From the NCBI RefSeq assembly GCF_009914755.1, contig NC_060926.1: a stretch of 64,000 nucleotides of DNA; one strand, written 5' to 3'. The stretch is from the human T2T-CHM13v2.0 reference genome, Homo sapiens. This document shows, piece by piece, positions 25,212-37,945 of this stretch. A program made the translations under genes and the position numbers. Numbering within the stretch: position 1 is the stretch's first letter; every line of letters starts with the position of its first letter. The notes beneath the pieces were generated by a model. It had not been told where the DNA came from. It saw only the letters and a list, made by a program, of their open reading frames with translations, and did not search any database.

Positions 25212-25650
25212 TGCATGTGTGCATGTGTATGTGTGTGTGTGTGTGGTGTGTATGTATTGCACTGCTCAACCACATCTATTTCATAATCTTGCTGCCCCAC
25301 ACTATCTTTCTTGGTAGTATTCAGCTTTGACTTCTCCTGAGTTAGGCTGCCTTTGCCTGTGCACCTACCATCAGTGAATTCCTTTGCTTACCTTCTCAAA
25401 CTCCACTCTCCTTTCCTCTTGTAGTATAAGCTGATCCTCTGCCATCTCCTTTGCTAACAACTCTTAATTACCCTGAACTCTTAATATTGGAGGATATTAG
25501 CCCCAGTTGTTAAACATTTGCCTTCCTCTAGCCCCATACCTTTCTGGGTGATCTCTTTCTCCAAGGTAGTTTGAAATACTTTCCGTATGCCAATTACTCT
25601 TGCTTCATTGTGTCCCCTAAACACTAGACTGTAGACACAGCTATTCAACT

Positions 25651-26031
25651 TGTACTGGTTTTCTAGAGCTGCCGTAGCAAAATACCACACAATGGGTGGC
25701 TTAAACAACAGAAATTTATTCTTTTACAGTTCTGAAGGCTGGAAGTTTGAGATCAAGGTGCCGGCAGGGTTGGTTTCTCCTTTGGCCCCTCTCCTTGGCT
25801 TGCCTTCTCCTTGTGTCTTCACATGGTCTTCCCTCTCTGTGTGCCTGAGTCCTAATCTCCTCTTCTTATAAAGACACCAGTCATATTGGATTAGGGGCTG
25901 CCCATATGACCTCATTTTAACTTAACCACCTCTTATAAGATTCCATCTCCAAATACACTCACATTCTGCAGTACTAGGGCATTAGGACTTTAGTCTATCA
26001 ATTTGAGGAGTACACAATTCAGCCCATCACA
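25651..26031 (-). mobile_element. MLT1A/B-type MaLR solo LTR
   Basis: GGGTGGCTTAAACAACAGAAATTTATT...TTCAGCCCATCACA; TSD CAACT/CAAGT. Confidence 0.85.
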
Positions 26032-26049
26032 CAAGTAGACACTCGATTC

Positions 26050-26390
26050 CTCTGCTGGAATGAATGATGGTCATCTTAAACTTAACATGGCCAAAACTGA
26101 TCACATCCCACTCCACCCCCTCCCCCACCTCCAAAAACTTGCTTTTCTCTCAGTGTCCCCATCTTCATTCAGTCTCTGTTCAATGTCTCCTCCTATCTAA
26201 TACATTGAATAGAGACTATCAGCTATTCTCTAGTCCCATCATGTTATATATTGATATGTTTATTGTCTGTCTCCCACTAGAATATATGCAGGGTAGGGAT
26301 TTTGTTGTGTTCTTTTCCTCATCTCCAGTGCTTGGAATCATTAACTAATATATAATAGTTACTTGATAACTAGTTCTGAATAAATAAATA
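26050..26390 (+). mobile_element. L2 3' fragments
   Basis: CTTAAACTTAACATGGCCAAAACTGA; CTCCCACTAGAATATATGCAGGGTAGGGATTTTG; TGAATAAATAAA tail. Confidence 0.6.
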
Positions 26391-26419
26391 TAATGAACAC
26401 AATAACTTTATTCAACAGG

Positions 26420-26540
26420 TATATTAATGTCTCCATTTAACAGGTGAGGAAATAAAATTCAGGGAAAATAAGTAACTTTCTGTGGGTCACAGAGCTCATA
26501 AGGAATGAAGCTGATTTAAACCCAGGTAATATGAATCCAG
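26420..26540 (-). mobile_element. MIR
   Basis: CTCCATTTAACAGGTGAGGAAATAAAATTCAG...AAGTAACTT...GGTCACAGAGCT. Confidence 0.65.
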
Positions 26541-27864
26541 GCTAATAAGCAATAATATTCCAGTGTGGAAAATGTTATTTCAGCAAGAGCATGGGGTATA
26601 TTATAGCGCTTAGGAAAGGAATCTAACTTAGGAGTTAAAATGGGAGACTACCAGGTAAAGAAGTAAGGTAGAAGAAAGCCCCAGGCTGAGGCAACCTCAC
26701 ACATGCAAGTGAGATGAGATGCTAAAGCAGTTTGGTGCTCAGTAAATAGTCAAATGAATGAATGAATATGCCGTTACTATATTGTATAAACCTAGAGAAA
26801 CCAGAGCACATTATCCCAGTCTGATAATGAAGCTGTCAGAATTAACCACTCCAGGCCAAATATATTATGGTACCAGTGCTGGTCAACGAGGCCACAACTA
26901 TAATTAAGATCTAGTTCTAACTTCATTAGAGCCATAGGGAAATGGTAAAGTTAGCAGGAATTTGCAGTATGTTTCAGACCTATAAGACTCTATGAGGAAT
27001 TTATAACTCACTAATGGAGGCAATCAAAATTCAAATCCTTTACAATTCATAGCAGAAAAGTAACAGATACAGAACCGCATATATAAAGGAAAAAGTGATA
27101 TCCTAAAACCAATTAAACCTGCGTTATTTAAACTTGAATAATTTTTACTTCACCAAAAGAGCCCATTTTAGTATTCATTATGTTAATTTGACAATGAAAA
27201 CCCGTTTGTGACATTAAATAAAATAATTAGTAGAATTTTGAAAGTTAGTCAAGATTTGGATGGCCAGAAAAGTTGAGAAATTAACTCCTGGGGTGTTCCC
27301 CTCTCTGATATAATGTTACCAAGGGTTAGGATTCTCATTTAGGACTGCCAGTTGCACCTAGAGTTGAAGTTACTTAGCATATACATCCTATCACCAGCCT
27401 ATGCTGAAGTGCTGTAAAGTTGATCATAAGTGTTGTAACCCATAGGAGCTGGAGAAGCTGCAGTGTTTTGTCCAATTCCAGACAGGTACTTTGAGAAAAG
27501 AAAGCATGCTACTACCTGAACCAAATGATACTGTTAATACCCAAATCCAGCCTAGGGAAAATTATTTATTTAAAAATATGCTATTGTAAGACAATCACTG
27601 GACTCCCTGATATCTTTCACATTTATCAATTTGATTCATCAACAATGTTCTTTAGATCCATCTATAGTCCCAGGAAAACTTAAAAATACACTCATGAAAA
27701 ATGTTTGTCAAATTCTGCACAAAACCCTGTGAAAATATTGACTGGAATGAGACTGAAGTTTCAGATTAACTGGGAAGGGACTGTTATCTCTAGGCTATTG
27801 AATCCAACATTTATGATGGTGGTTTGTTTTTCTATATATTCAGTTCTAGTTACATATCCTGGAG

Positions 27865-28068
27865 CAGTTTCTCAGTCTCTGCACTATTGACATTTGGTGC
27901 CAGATAATCCTGTGTTCTCAGTGCATTGCAGGATGTTTAGCAGTATCCCTGATCTCTATCCACCTGATACCAGGAGGACGTCCTACCCAGATGTGACAAG
28001 CAAAAATGTCTCTGGATATTATCCAATGTCCCCTGATGGCAAAAATGATCTTCTGTTGAGAACCACTG
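27865..28068 (-). mobile_element. MER20 hAT-Charlie MITE
   Basis: GCACTATTGACATTTGG...GGATGTTTAGCAGTATCCCTG...GTTGAGAACCACTG. Confidence 0.88.
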
Positions 28069-28712
28069 CTCTAAAGAAACTCTTGTACATATTATCAAGG
28101 AGGCATGCACAAAATTATTTATTGCAGCATTATTTGTAATGCAAGATATTAGAAACAACTTAATCATTCATTACTAAGAGTATGAGTCAATAAACCTTGG
28201 CTTATTTCTATAACAAAACTATGCAGCAGCAGAAAGTAAAACTGGATAAACTAGATCTGTCTCCTATCTATAAATGTGAATAAATCTTTAAAAACACAAT
28301 GTCAAATTATAAAAGCAAATTGCATAAGACTAGTATCATGTAGTACTAGTAATCTAAATTTTAAGTACTTCAACCAACATTCTAAATACTCTCAAATAAT
28401 ACTATTTTCTTCTTAAGAGACAGAGTCCAACTCTGTTTTCAGGCTGGACTCAAACTTCTAGGCAACTCTCCCATCTCAGCCTCCCAAACAATACTTTAAA
28501 TATAGTAAAATAGTTGAAGAGACAAAAAATAAACCATGGTGGGGGGCTTTATCTTTAGTTTTTTCAATGATATTTCTTTATAAACAAAAGTGATATGGAA
28601 AATTTATGGCAAAAAATAATGTATTTTATGTCTGGATGGTAGATTAATGCATATCTGTTACATTATTATCTGTACATTTCTGCACACTTGAAGTATTTTA
28701 TAATAAAAAATA
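28069..28712 (+). mobile_element. Old L1M (L1ME/MC-like) 3' fragments with a small Alu/FLAM remnant at about 28410-28488
   Basis: AAACTCTTGTACAT...TTTATTGCAGCATTATTTGTAAT...; GTTACATTATTATCTGTACATTTCTG...; CATCTCAGCCTCCCAAA. Confidence 0.55.
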
Positions 28713-28780
28713 CTAAATATAATTATATTTTTGAACAGATCCATGAGCAATCTTTTGAATGACCAATTGAAATTGGAAAG

Positions 28781-29842
28781 CGTGATGGTTCACTTTAGGT
28801 GTCAGCTTGACTGGACTAAGGGATGCCTAGAGAGCTGGTAAAGCACTAATCCTGGGTGTGTCTGTGAAGGTGTTTCTGAAGGAAATGGGGGTAATGTGTA
28901 TGTGAGTTGGTGGACTGAGTGGAGAAGATCTGTCCTCAATGTAGGCAGGCACCATCTGTCTAATTGCCTAGAGGGTCCAGATCCAAAAAAAAGAAAAAAA
29001 GAAAAGAAAAAGGAAAGGAAAGGTGAATTCACTCTCTCTTACGAATCTGGGACATCCCTCTTCTCTAGCATTTAGACATCAGAACTCCAAGTTCTCCAGC
29101 CTTTGGACTCCAGGACTTGCACCAGCACACCTTCCTTCTTCCCACGCCCGTGGGTTCTCAGGTTTTCAGCCTTAGACTGAGAGTTCCACAATAACTTCCC
29201 TGGTTCTGAGGTCCTCAGACTTAGACTAAGCCGCATTACCAACTTCTCTGGTTCTCCAGCTTACAGGTGGCCTACAGTGAACTCTTCAGCCTTCATAATC
29301 ATGTGAGCCAATTCCCCTAAAAATCCTGTCTTATATATACATATTGTTTTTCTATTGGTTCTTGCATGATAGATGCACCTGTCAGCAACAACTTAAACAT
29401 ACTCTGAGAATAATCCTACAGGCTAAGAAGAATGCATGTTTGGAGTTCTGAGCTAAGGAATTCATGAGTGACCAATCTGGAGATTCACTCCTAACAGGGA
29501 AGACATCTGAACTGCTGGCCCATTCCTTGGCACACAGGCCATACAAGAGACTGAGGCCATTTGTTTTTCGGTTAAATGAAGGTTGCTAGATGGCGGTTGC
29601 TAGGTGAAGGTTGCTAAGTAAAAATGCTATGTAAACTTCATGCTTTTTACAAAGGGTGGCAGTTTCTCTGTCCAGCCCACTACTCCTAGACTGCCCTGTA
29701 CGTAAGTCTTCAATACACTTTATGTCTCATTCACTGGCTCCAGGTCTCTTCTTCAGCCACTCAGACATATTGCCATCCCTGTTGGAGTCAATAGAGGTCT
29801 AGCACATCAGTTCTGTCTCTCTGAAGAACGCCGACAAATACA
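28781..29842 (+). mobile_element. MLT2B-type ERVL solo LTR split by an LTR47/LTR32-like insertion
   Basis: GTGATGGTTCACTTTAGGTGTCAGCTTGACTGG...CTATTGGTTCT | GTCTCTCTGAAGAACGCCGACAAATACA; TSD GAAAG/GAATG. Confidence 0.85.
29363..29809 (+). mobile_element. LTR47/LTR32-like ERVL solo LTR nested in MLT2B
   Basis: 447 bp TG...CA; perfect 5-bp TSD GTTCT (29358-62 / 29810-14). Confidence 0.8.
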
Positions 29843-30379
29843 GAATGCTTGTACTTTCTCCAGAGTAATTTGTTTTCAAATGTTTCCTTAGACCTTTTAA
29901 ACAGTTTCTGAATTCCCCTCAACACTCATTTGTAAATGAGGGCTAAGTATTTGTTTCAAGTCAATATTATTCATCAGTCAATAATGCTAGTGCTGCAAAA
30001 TTTGCTCATAGACTAGATGCTAGATCTGCCAAAGAAGCCTTTAAATTGTCCAAACAGAAAACACTCTTAATTGACCTTAGTGACATTAAAAGATTCAAAC
30101 TTTGACAGAGTAGTTAATATTTAAATCATGCCAAGTAATATGCTGCATGCTTAGTTTGGAAGGCTTAGATTGGCAGTGAAGATCATCTCTATCTCTGGGA
30201 TTAAAAGAACTGGATACTTTGGTTGACCTATAATGGGTTCTGTCGTTACTTTTTACAAATGCTATAGTTTTACAAATGCCCTTCTCCAACTTCAACAAAC
30301 ATAAAAAACTCACAGGTATAATTAGAACTTGGCCCTTTTAGTCAATACTTGTAAATTTATGTTGCCACAGTATCCATTT

Positions 30380-31806
30380 TGAGTATAGGGTTAATTATCT
30401 CATACCAGAAACAGGGCTTAGTCACCTTTGGCACAGTTTCCAGTTCTCCCCCTCCTCCCATGTGGTTGATCTAGATACCTGCCCTATACCTAAGTCTCCC
30501 TATGGGACATATATATAAACTACCAGCTTCACTCTACTGACCCCACCCCACAAGGGCTGTGTAGATGTGCCACAGTAAACATTCCTAAGGCCCAGCATGG
30601 ACTCGCAGGACCTGTATCTGCTTGCTCTCTACCCACCAATTAGAGTTCCCCATTTGAAACCTGCTTGGATAGCACCAAAACTCCAATAAAGACTCCAATA
30701 ACACCTGGACTCCAATAAAGACCTCTGGTCCATCTCTCTCTCTGGCTCCTGTAGGGGCCAAGGGAAAACTTTACCTTCTACCTCTGAAGGTTTGCAAAAA
30801 AAAAAAAAAAAAAATCAACTCACAAAAGGCAGTTTAATAGGAGAGAAGGCATACAAATGTATAAACATGCACAGGGAGTACCACAGTGATTACCCCAAAA
30901 CTCAAAACTCAACGGCACTCACAAGCTTATTTACCAGAGGTTACAGAAAGAATGGGGGCTCAGAACATGGCCCAAAACAGGTTAGGGTGGTAAATCAGGT
31001 TATATGGCAAGACAGATTATGGGAGGGAGAGAAGAGGAAGCCTGGCTAGCAAAGGTGGTCTTCTTATACAGATGAAGCCTCACAGGTAGCAGCTCTCAGA
31101 AAGAATAGATAGTAAATATTTCTTTCAGAGCTTCAAGGTGCCAAGCCTCTCAGCAAGTCTTTCACAGACCCAGACAAGAGAGGGCCTCAGAGAAAGACTG
31201 GCTGCATCACTGCAGACTCTTTACTGATGCAAATCTCCCCACAAAAGACTGCTTTGCAAGGCTATTAGTGTTTGCAGACCTTCTGCACAGCCATCTCAAA
31301 ATATGTCAAAGAAGCATATTTTGGGGTGAAATAAGTTTTGTTTCCCTCACTCCTTCCACCTGGTGCCCCCACAACCTTCCCATTGGCCCTGGCTGATACC
31401 CACTTCTCTCTAGAATCTGGAAGTAATACACTGCTTTAGTATTTCATATGTTTTGTTGAGTTGCCTCCTCTGTGTCTCACTGGACTGACACACTTGAACG
31501 TAACTTCTTTTCTGGTCAGGGATCTCCTAGGGAGTGGCTATCATGGTAGGAATAAACTGGACACCGGTCAGGCAAGAGCCACAGGGTGTCTGCCAGTGTA
31601 AACAAGTACCATGTAAGAGGAACACCTGGTCATGTAGCCAAAACGTAGGCACCAGGCTGCCTGCCAGCAAAGAAGCATCCTGTGAAAGGCACACTGTAAC
31701 ATTCACAAAAAAAAAAAATCCCCTGGATTCCCAGCAAGGCAGGGCTAGAGTTTATGGCCACTCTCAGGAGAGAAATCTTAAGACCAATTAGAAAGGACAC
31801 AAAACA
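30380..31806 (+). mobile_element. MER54-like ERVL LTR split by a MER34A-like insertion
   Basis: GGGTTAATTATCTCATACCAGAAACAGGGCTTAGTCACC...GGCCACTCTCAGGAGAGAAATCTTAAGACC; subfamily from recall. Confidence 0.7.
30750..31349 (-). mobile_element. MER34A-like solo LTR nested in the MER54-like LTR
   Basis: TG...CA; perfect TSD CTCC (30746-49 / 31350-53); homologous to 24696-25211. Confidence 0.82.
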
Positions 31807-31814
31807 AAAGAGCT

Positions 31815-32181
31815 TGATATGGTTTGGTTGTGTACACACCCAAATCTCATCTTGAATTGTAGCTCCCATAATTCCCATGTGTTGTGGGAGGGCCCCTAGG
31901 CGAAGGGAGATAATTGAATCATGGGGGTGGTTTCCTCCATACTGTTCTCATGGTAGCGAGTAAGTCTCATGAGGCCTGACGGTTTTATAAGAGGGAACCT
32001 CTTTCACTTGGCTCTCATTTTCTCTTGGCTGTCACCATGTAAGATGTGCCTTCCGCCTTCAGCTATGATTGTGAGGCCTCCCCAGCCACATGGAACTATG
32101 AGTCCATTAAACCTCTTTTTCTTTATAAATTACCCAGTCTCATGTGTGTCTTTATTGGTAGTGTGAAAATAGACTAATATA
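31815..32181 (+). mobile_element. THE1 (THE1C-like) MaLR solo LTR
   Basis: TGATATGGTTTGG...CCCAAATCTCATCTTGAATTGTAGCTCCCATAATTCCC...GAAAATAGACTAATATA; TSD GAGCT/TAGCC. Confidence 0.9.
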
Positions 32182-33923
32182 TAGCCCTTCACCCAAACAG
32201 GCCTTCATCCTTTCATAGGATCTATTTATTATTTTTCACTTTTATCAGATAATTTTCTAAAGAAAAAGCTTTAAAAGGAAGAAATATATTGTATCACACT
32301 GAGATTGGCAATTCCTGCAAATTCTGTAGCTATGTCTAAGTCAAAGGTCAATTCAGATGGAAGGCCCAACTTACTTTTCAATTTCTACACTTTTAAAGGG
32401 CCATGTGACTTAAAGGGATTCGTTTGACATAGCAAGAAAATGGAAGGTCCAAATGGTGAGAGTATATGATAATCATCATAATTATGATAAAAGCACCATC
32501 AACGTATTCTCCAGGAAGATATTTTATATAACCTGAAGAGCTTGGTATAAGAAATACAAAAAGAAAAAATGTTCTCATGTGCTGGTATTCAGGAATTTGA
32601 AGCCTATCATATGTCACTGATACAAAATAGCATGTTAGCAGAGTCAAATTCAGAAGTAGATAGTAAATTCTCACTTTAATAATAAAAGTTGAATATATGT
32701 ATCAAATTCTAGTAACAAGGGCTATGTTTGTTTCTCATTAATAGGCGCTTTCGTTTGTAACATGGTATTTTCTTCAAGATGTCCAAATTGTTTTCCAACT
32801 TGAGTTGTTTATTTACCTGTGTTTGAATTAATCTTCTGTACTTAACATTCAGACAATACAATGTACAATGTTCAGAGATTTATGATTCATAATATAAAAG
32901 AGACATTTTCCCCATTTGTGTTTAAGCAATTATGACAAAATCACCAGAGAGAGGAATTTCCTCAAGGCCAGAGACCCTATTAAATGGTTACTAATGTGCA
33001 GAGATCACCTGAGACACTTGAAAGCCTTAAACTTGACCTAAAAATTACTAACTCTGGAGAGGGCCCAACAGTGTCTCTGACTGAGGAAACTCCACATACA
33101 TTGTACTGTACTGAAAACAAGGGGATTAAACAGAGTTTTGCTGATTGAATGTTGAGACCTGCAGCCATTTTCCCTGGATTGGTTCCCAAAATGCTGACAT
33201 TTAGGCTAATATTCTCTAGGCAGGTAATTGAAACTTCATTTCTAAAAAGTCTAAACTGTCCAAGGAAGAGACCTAAAGATACAAATATTGAAAATTCAGT
33301 GTGGGGGAAAAAAGGCCCACTCAGGTCACTCTCAGTAAAGCTCATTGTGGACAAGACCCAGTCCAGACATAGAATTTCCAATTACTTCTTAATGCCCAGT
33401 TCTTGAATGTGAGCAATCAGTCAGTCATTAGACAAATGAGGAATGTCTCCAATAACAAAAATCACAGGCCAGATAAATAAATTAACTTGGAGGAAACAAA
33501 GAATATGCAGGGATGTTCTAAGAATGCACATGTTGGCTGTAGTATGGTAAAGTCAGTGTGGTCACAGAGGAGACAAGAATGAGGTTTGGAAGGAAGAATA
33601 TTATTTTACTCTCAGGTCCCAGAGAAGGGGTCAATGCATGCACAAAAAGAAAGCACCTGTCAGTTAGGAGGCAGAAAGCAGAAACAAGGAGAACATCTAG
33701 GCCAGAGACTTTACTGGGGTTTCTGCAGGAAAGGCAGGGCAGAGTTAATGGCCTAGGGTTGGTTATTTTGAATAATTCTGGTGGGCTTTGGGTTATAGAG
33801 ATGGTCTTTACTTTTCTGGTACCTAGCCCTTAGATGATTTAAGGCAGGGGAAATACTGGTTTCGTGTGTGAGAGTTAGATAAGAAGGTGGCTGAGAGGTA
33901 CAGACTCTGGATTTGTAGATTTG

Positions 33924-36799
33924 TGTCTTAGTCCATTTGTGCTGCTATAACAGAACATCCCAGACTGGGTAACTTATAAATAACAGAAATTTATTTCTCA
34001 CTGTTCTGGAGACTGGGAAGTCCAAGATCAAGGCACCAGCATCTGGTGAGGCTTTCTTGCTATGTCCTCACATAGCGGGAGGCAGAAGGGCAAAAAGCAG
34101 GATGAACCCTCTCATGACACTTTATAAAGGCACCTGATCCTATTCATGAGGGAGGAGCCTTCATGGCCTAATCACGTCTTAGTGGACCACCACTTAATAC
34201 TATCACATTGGCAACAACTGAATTTTAGAGGGGACACACTCAAATCATAGCATTATATCCCTGCCCGCCCCCCAAATTTATGTCCTTCTCATATACAAAA
34301 TATACTGATTCTATCACAATGGCCCCAAAAAAGTGTTCACTCATTCCAGCATCAACTTTAAAATCTAAGTACAAAGTCTCATTTAAATCAGATATGGGTG
34401 AGACTCAAGGCATAATATATCCTAAGGCAAATTTACTCCCAGCTATGAGCCTGTGAAATCAAAAAAGTTATGTGCTTCCAAAATACAATAGTGGGACAGA
34501 CATTTCCATTCCAAAAGGGAGAAACAGAAAAGAGGAAAGGAGAAACAGGTCTTAAGTAAGTCCCAAACCCAACAGGGAAAATAAAATTAAATCTTCATGC
34601 TTGAGAAAAATCTTCTTTAACTTCCTGTCCTGCCCTCTGGACATGCTGGGGTAGAGATGAGCCCCCAAGGCCTCAGGAAGCCCCATCCCCATGGCTTTGC
34701 TGGGTACAGTCCATGCTTCAGTGTTTATGTATTGAAATCTCATGCCTGAGACTTTCTTAGGCTGGTGCTGCATGCTGGTGACTCTACAGGTTGGGAGTCT
34801 ACGGGGCAGCCTTACTCTTACAGTTCCACTAGAAATTGCCCTCATGGAGGCTCTCTGCAGTGGCCCTGCTTCCATGGCAGGTCTCTGTCTGGGCCCTGTG
34901 GCTGTCTCAGACATCCTTTGAAATCTAGCTGGAGGTAGCCATGCCTCCACAGCTCTTGTACTCTGCTCTTGCACTCTGCACACCATAGCTGCACACCCAG
35001 GACTGCACCTGAGTCCACACCCCCAAACCTGTAGAGCCACCAGCATGCAGCACCAGCCTGAGAAAGCCACAGCATGAGATTTTGTTAGCACCATGTGGAT
35101 GACCCAAGACTCAGTGCTTGCACCCTCTGGAGTGGTGGCCCAAGCCACACCTGGGCCCACTCAAGCCACAGTGGGGATGTTCAAGTAGTAGTGCACTAGA
35201 ATAGGACAAACAGAGACATGTAGTGGCCCTAGGCAGGGAACCCTGAGGTCCCACAGGCACCTTGGGCCCTTCCCCCATGTATTATTCCATTTTCATGCTG
35301 CTGATAAAGACATACCTGAGACCAGGCAATTTACAAAAGAAAGAGGCTTAATGGAGAACTCACAGTTCTATGTGGCTAAAGAAGCCTCATGATCATGGTG
35401 GAAGGCAAGGAGGAGCAAGTCACATCTTACATGGATGGCAGCAGGCAAAGAGAGCTTGTGCAGGAAAACTCCCCCTTATAATAACCATCAGATCTTGTGA
35501 AACTTACTCACTATCACCAGAACAGCATGGGAAGGACCTGCCCCCATGATTCAATTACCTCCTACCAGGTTCCTTCCCACAACATGTGGGAATTCAAGAT
35601 GAGATTTGGGTGGGACACAGCAAAACCATATCACCCCAAAACTGTTCTTCTCCCAAGTCCCTAGTATCCTGGGCCTGTGATAGATGTGATAGCCCTAAAG
35701 ATCTCCAAAATGTCTTTGGAGTCATTCTTCCATGTCTTGATAAATAGCACCTAGCTTCCTTCTATCCATACTAATCTCCTTATCAAATGGTCACTTGGCC
35801 ACACCCTTAATTTTCTCTCCTAAACACTTAATTCTTTACATGGCCTGGTTGAGAATTTTCCTAATCTTTACATTCTGCTTCCCTTTTAATGATGGATTTC
35901 ATTTTTAAATTGTTTCTCTCTTCTTGCATTTTACTACAAGCAGTTCAGAGAGGCCATGCAGCGTCTGACCGTTTTGCTGCTTACAGATTTCTTCCGCCAA
36001 ATATGTTCATTCATGGCTCTTAAGTTCTGTCTCCCATAAAGTCCTAGGACACAAGACACAATTTAGCCAAGTTCTCAGCCACTTTGTAACAAGGATGGCC
36101 TTTCCCCAAGTTTCCAATAAGATATTCCGCATTTCCATCTAAGACCTCATCAGAATGATCTTCACTGTCCATATTTCTACCAACATTCTGACCACCACAA
36201 CTTAGACAATCACTAAGACAACTGAGGCTTTCCCTACACTCTCCTCCTCTTCTGAGCCCTCACTAGAATTTTCCTTACTATTCCATTTATAGCAATACGT
36301 GCTGTTTCCAGCATTCACTTCAAAACTGTTCCAGCCTCTAGCCATTACCCAGTTCCAAAACTGCTTTTGCATTTTTAGGTATTTGTTAACAGCAATGATC
36401 CCCTCTTCTGGTACCAATTTCTGTCTTAATCCATGTGTGCCGCTATAACAGAATAGCACAGACAAGTAATTTATAAAGAACAGGAATTTAATTCCCATAG
36501 CTCAGGGGCCTGAGAAGTCCAAGATTAAGGCACCAGCATCTGGTGAGGGCTTTCTTGCTGTGTCATCCCATGGCAGAAGGTGAAAGGGCGTGAGAGACAA
36601 ACATTGTGTCCTCACGTGATAGAAGAGGGGAAGGGCAAAAAGGGATGAACTCCTGTAGTCAAGCCCCTTTATCTGGGAACCTAATACCATTCTCAAGAAA
36701 GGAGCCCTCACTGCCTAATCACCTTGTAAAGGCCCACCTTTTAATACTATTGCATTGGCAACATCTAAATTTTAGACAGGACATACTTAAACCATAACA
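33924..36799 (-). mobile_element. Full-length MaLR element (MSTC-like LTR-internal-LTR)
   Basis: LTRs 33924-34252 and 36422-36799; PBS-like TGGTACCAGAAGAGG next to the 5' LTR; MaLR internal ORF remnant 34552-35160; TSD ATTTG/GTTTG. Confidence 0.88.
35278..35633 (-). mobile_element. THE1A-like solo LTR inserted in the MST internal region
   Basis: 356 bp; GCTGCTGATAAAGACATACCTGAGAC...GTGGGAATTCAAGATGAGATTTGGG...AACCATATCA; perfect TSD CCCCA. Confidence 0.9.
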
Positions 36800-36994
36800 G
36801 TTTGTAAATAAAGCATGTCCTCCCAGCTAAGCCCTTTGCTATCTCTAATAATTGGGTATCCGTGGAACAGTTTCTCTCTAGGTCTTTAAGGCCCTCAAAT
36901 GCCAGAGCATCAAAACTACAGAAAATAAAAAGATATAGATAATATAATTGTCCCTGTAATGAACACATGTCAAATAGACAAATACAGAATGTAA

Positions 36995-37047
36995 ACACAC
37001 ACACACACACACACACACATACACACACACACGGAGAGAGAGAGAGA
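36995..37047. repeat. (CA)n(GA)n microsatellite
   Basis: Direct reading. Confidence 0.9.
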
Positions 37048-37539
37048 ATAACACCTCCAGGGGAAAAAATAGCTAACATGAATATTCTCAGAGGTAAGAA
37101 GATTCTGTGTACATGAAATACATACTTGAGGCAATAAAAGGGATTATGTCTGTTGATGTTTTCTGATGTTTTTGAAAGCAGTTTCTGTATTTAGAAAATA
37201 AATGCAGAAATTTACTTACTTTGCTTTAAATGCCTAGTTTCCAGTTATTAATTGTGTTTCGAACTCTAATTTTTTCTTAAGCTTTTAAAGTCAACTTATT
37301 AATCTTATTTAATTTTTACATCTGGCACATTTATAATGTTATACATTCAATTTTAAGAGGCTCTAAATAACATTTGTTTCCATTTACAAACTCAGTAATT
37401 AAACACACAACTTTTCAAATTACACTGAGCTTCATCTTAGTTTTATTTTTTCCATGAATTTAAATAATTCTCAGATAATCTACCTGTTAGATTATCTATT
37501 GATATATAACAGGTGACTGCTAAGCTTCAAGTAATCATT

Positions 37540-37945
37540 ATGCCCATAAATTATTTCAGCCAGGAACTGGGAAAGGTACAGTGGGGATGACTTTTCTTTA
37601 CTCCATAATCTCTGGGGGTATCAGCTGGAAAGGACTGAAGGCTAGGAGTGACTCATCTACTAAGAGCAGAAAGCACTGGCAACATCTTTACTCACATATT
37701 TGGCTATTGATACCAGCTGTTATCTGGGACCTCAGCTGGAACTATAAACCCAAACACTTACACAAGGCCTCCTTATGGCGGCCTGGGCTTCCTCACAGCA
37801 TGGCAGCCTCCAACATCTCACCCACCTGGTGGCTCACAGATCCAAAGGCAAATGTCTGGAGAGAACCAAGGAAAAGTTGAATGGCCTTTCTCACCTAGCC
37901 TTAGAAGTCACATAGCATCAACACTGCTGTTTTTCCTTGGTTGAC
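37540..37945 (-). mobile_element. Old MLT1 (F/G/H-like) MaLR LTR
   Basis: CTGGGCTTCCTCACAGCATGGCAGCC and CTAGCCTTAGAAGTCACATAGCATCA motifs. Confidence 0.7.

Larger units (their letters stand above)
33538..36947 (-). mobile_element. MER77-like ERVL LTR split by an MST provirus
   Basis: Halves 33538-33923 and 36800-36947 are colinear with the related LTR at 52086-52579. Confidence 0.7.

Noticed and set aside
34552-35160. 202-aa ORF as a host gene
   Set aside because: It lies within the MaLR (MST) internal region and is a decayed element frame.
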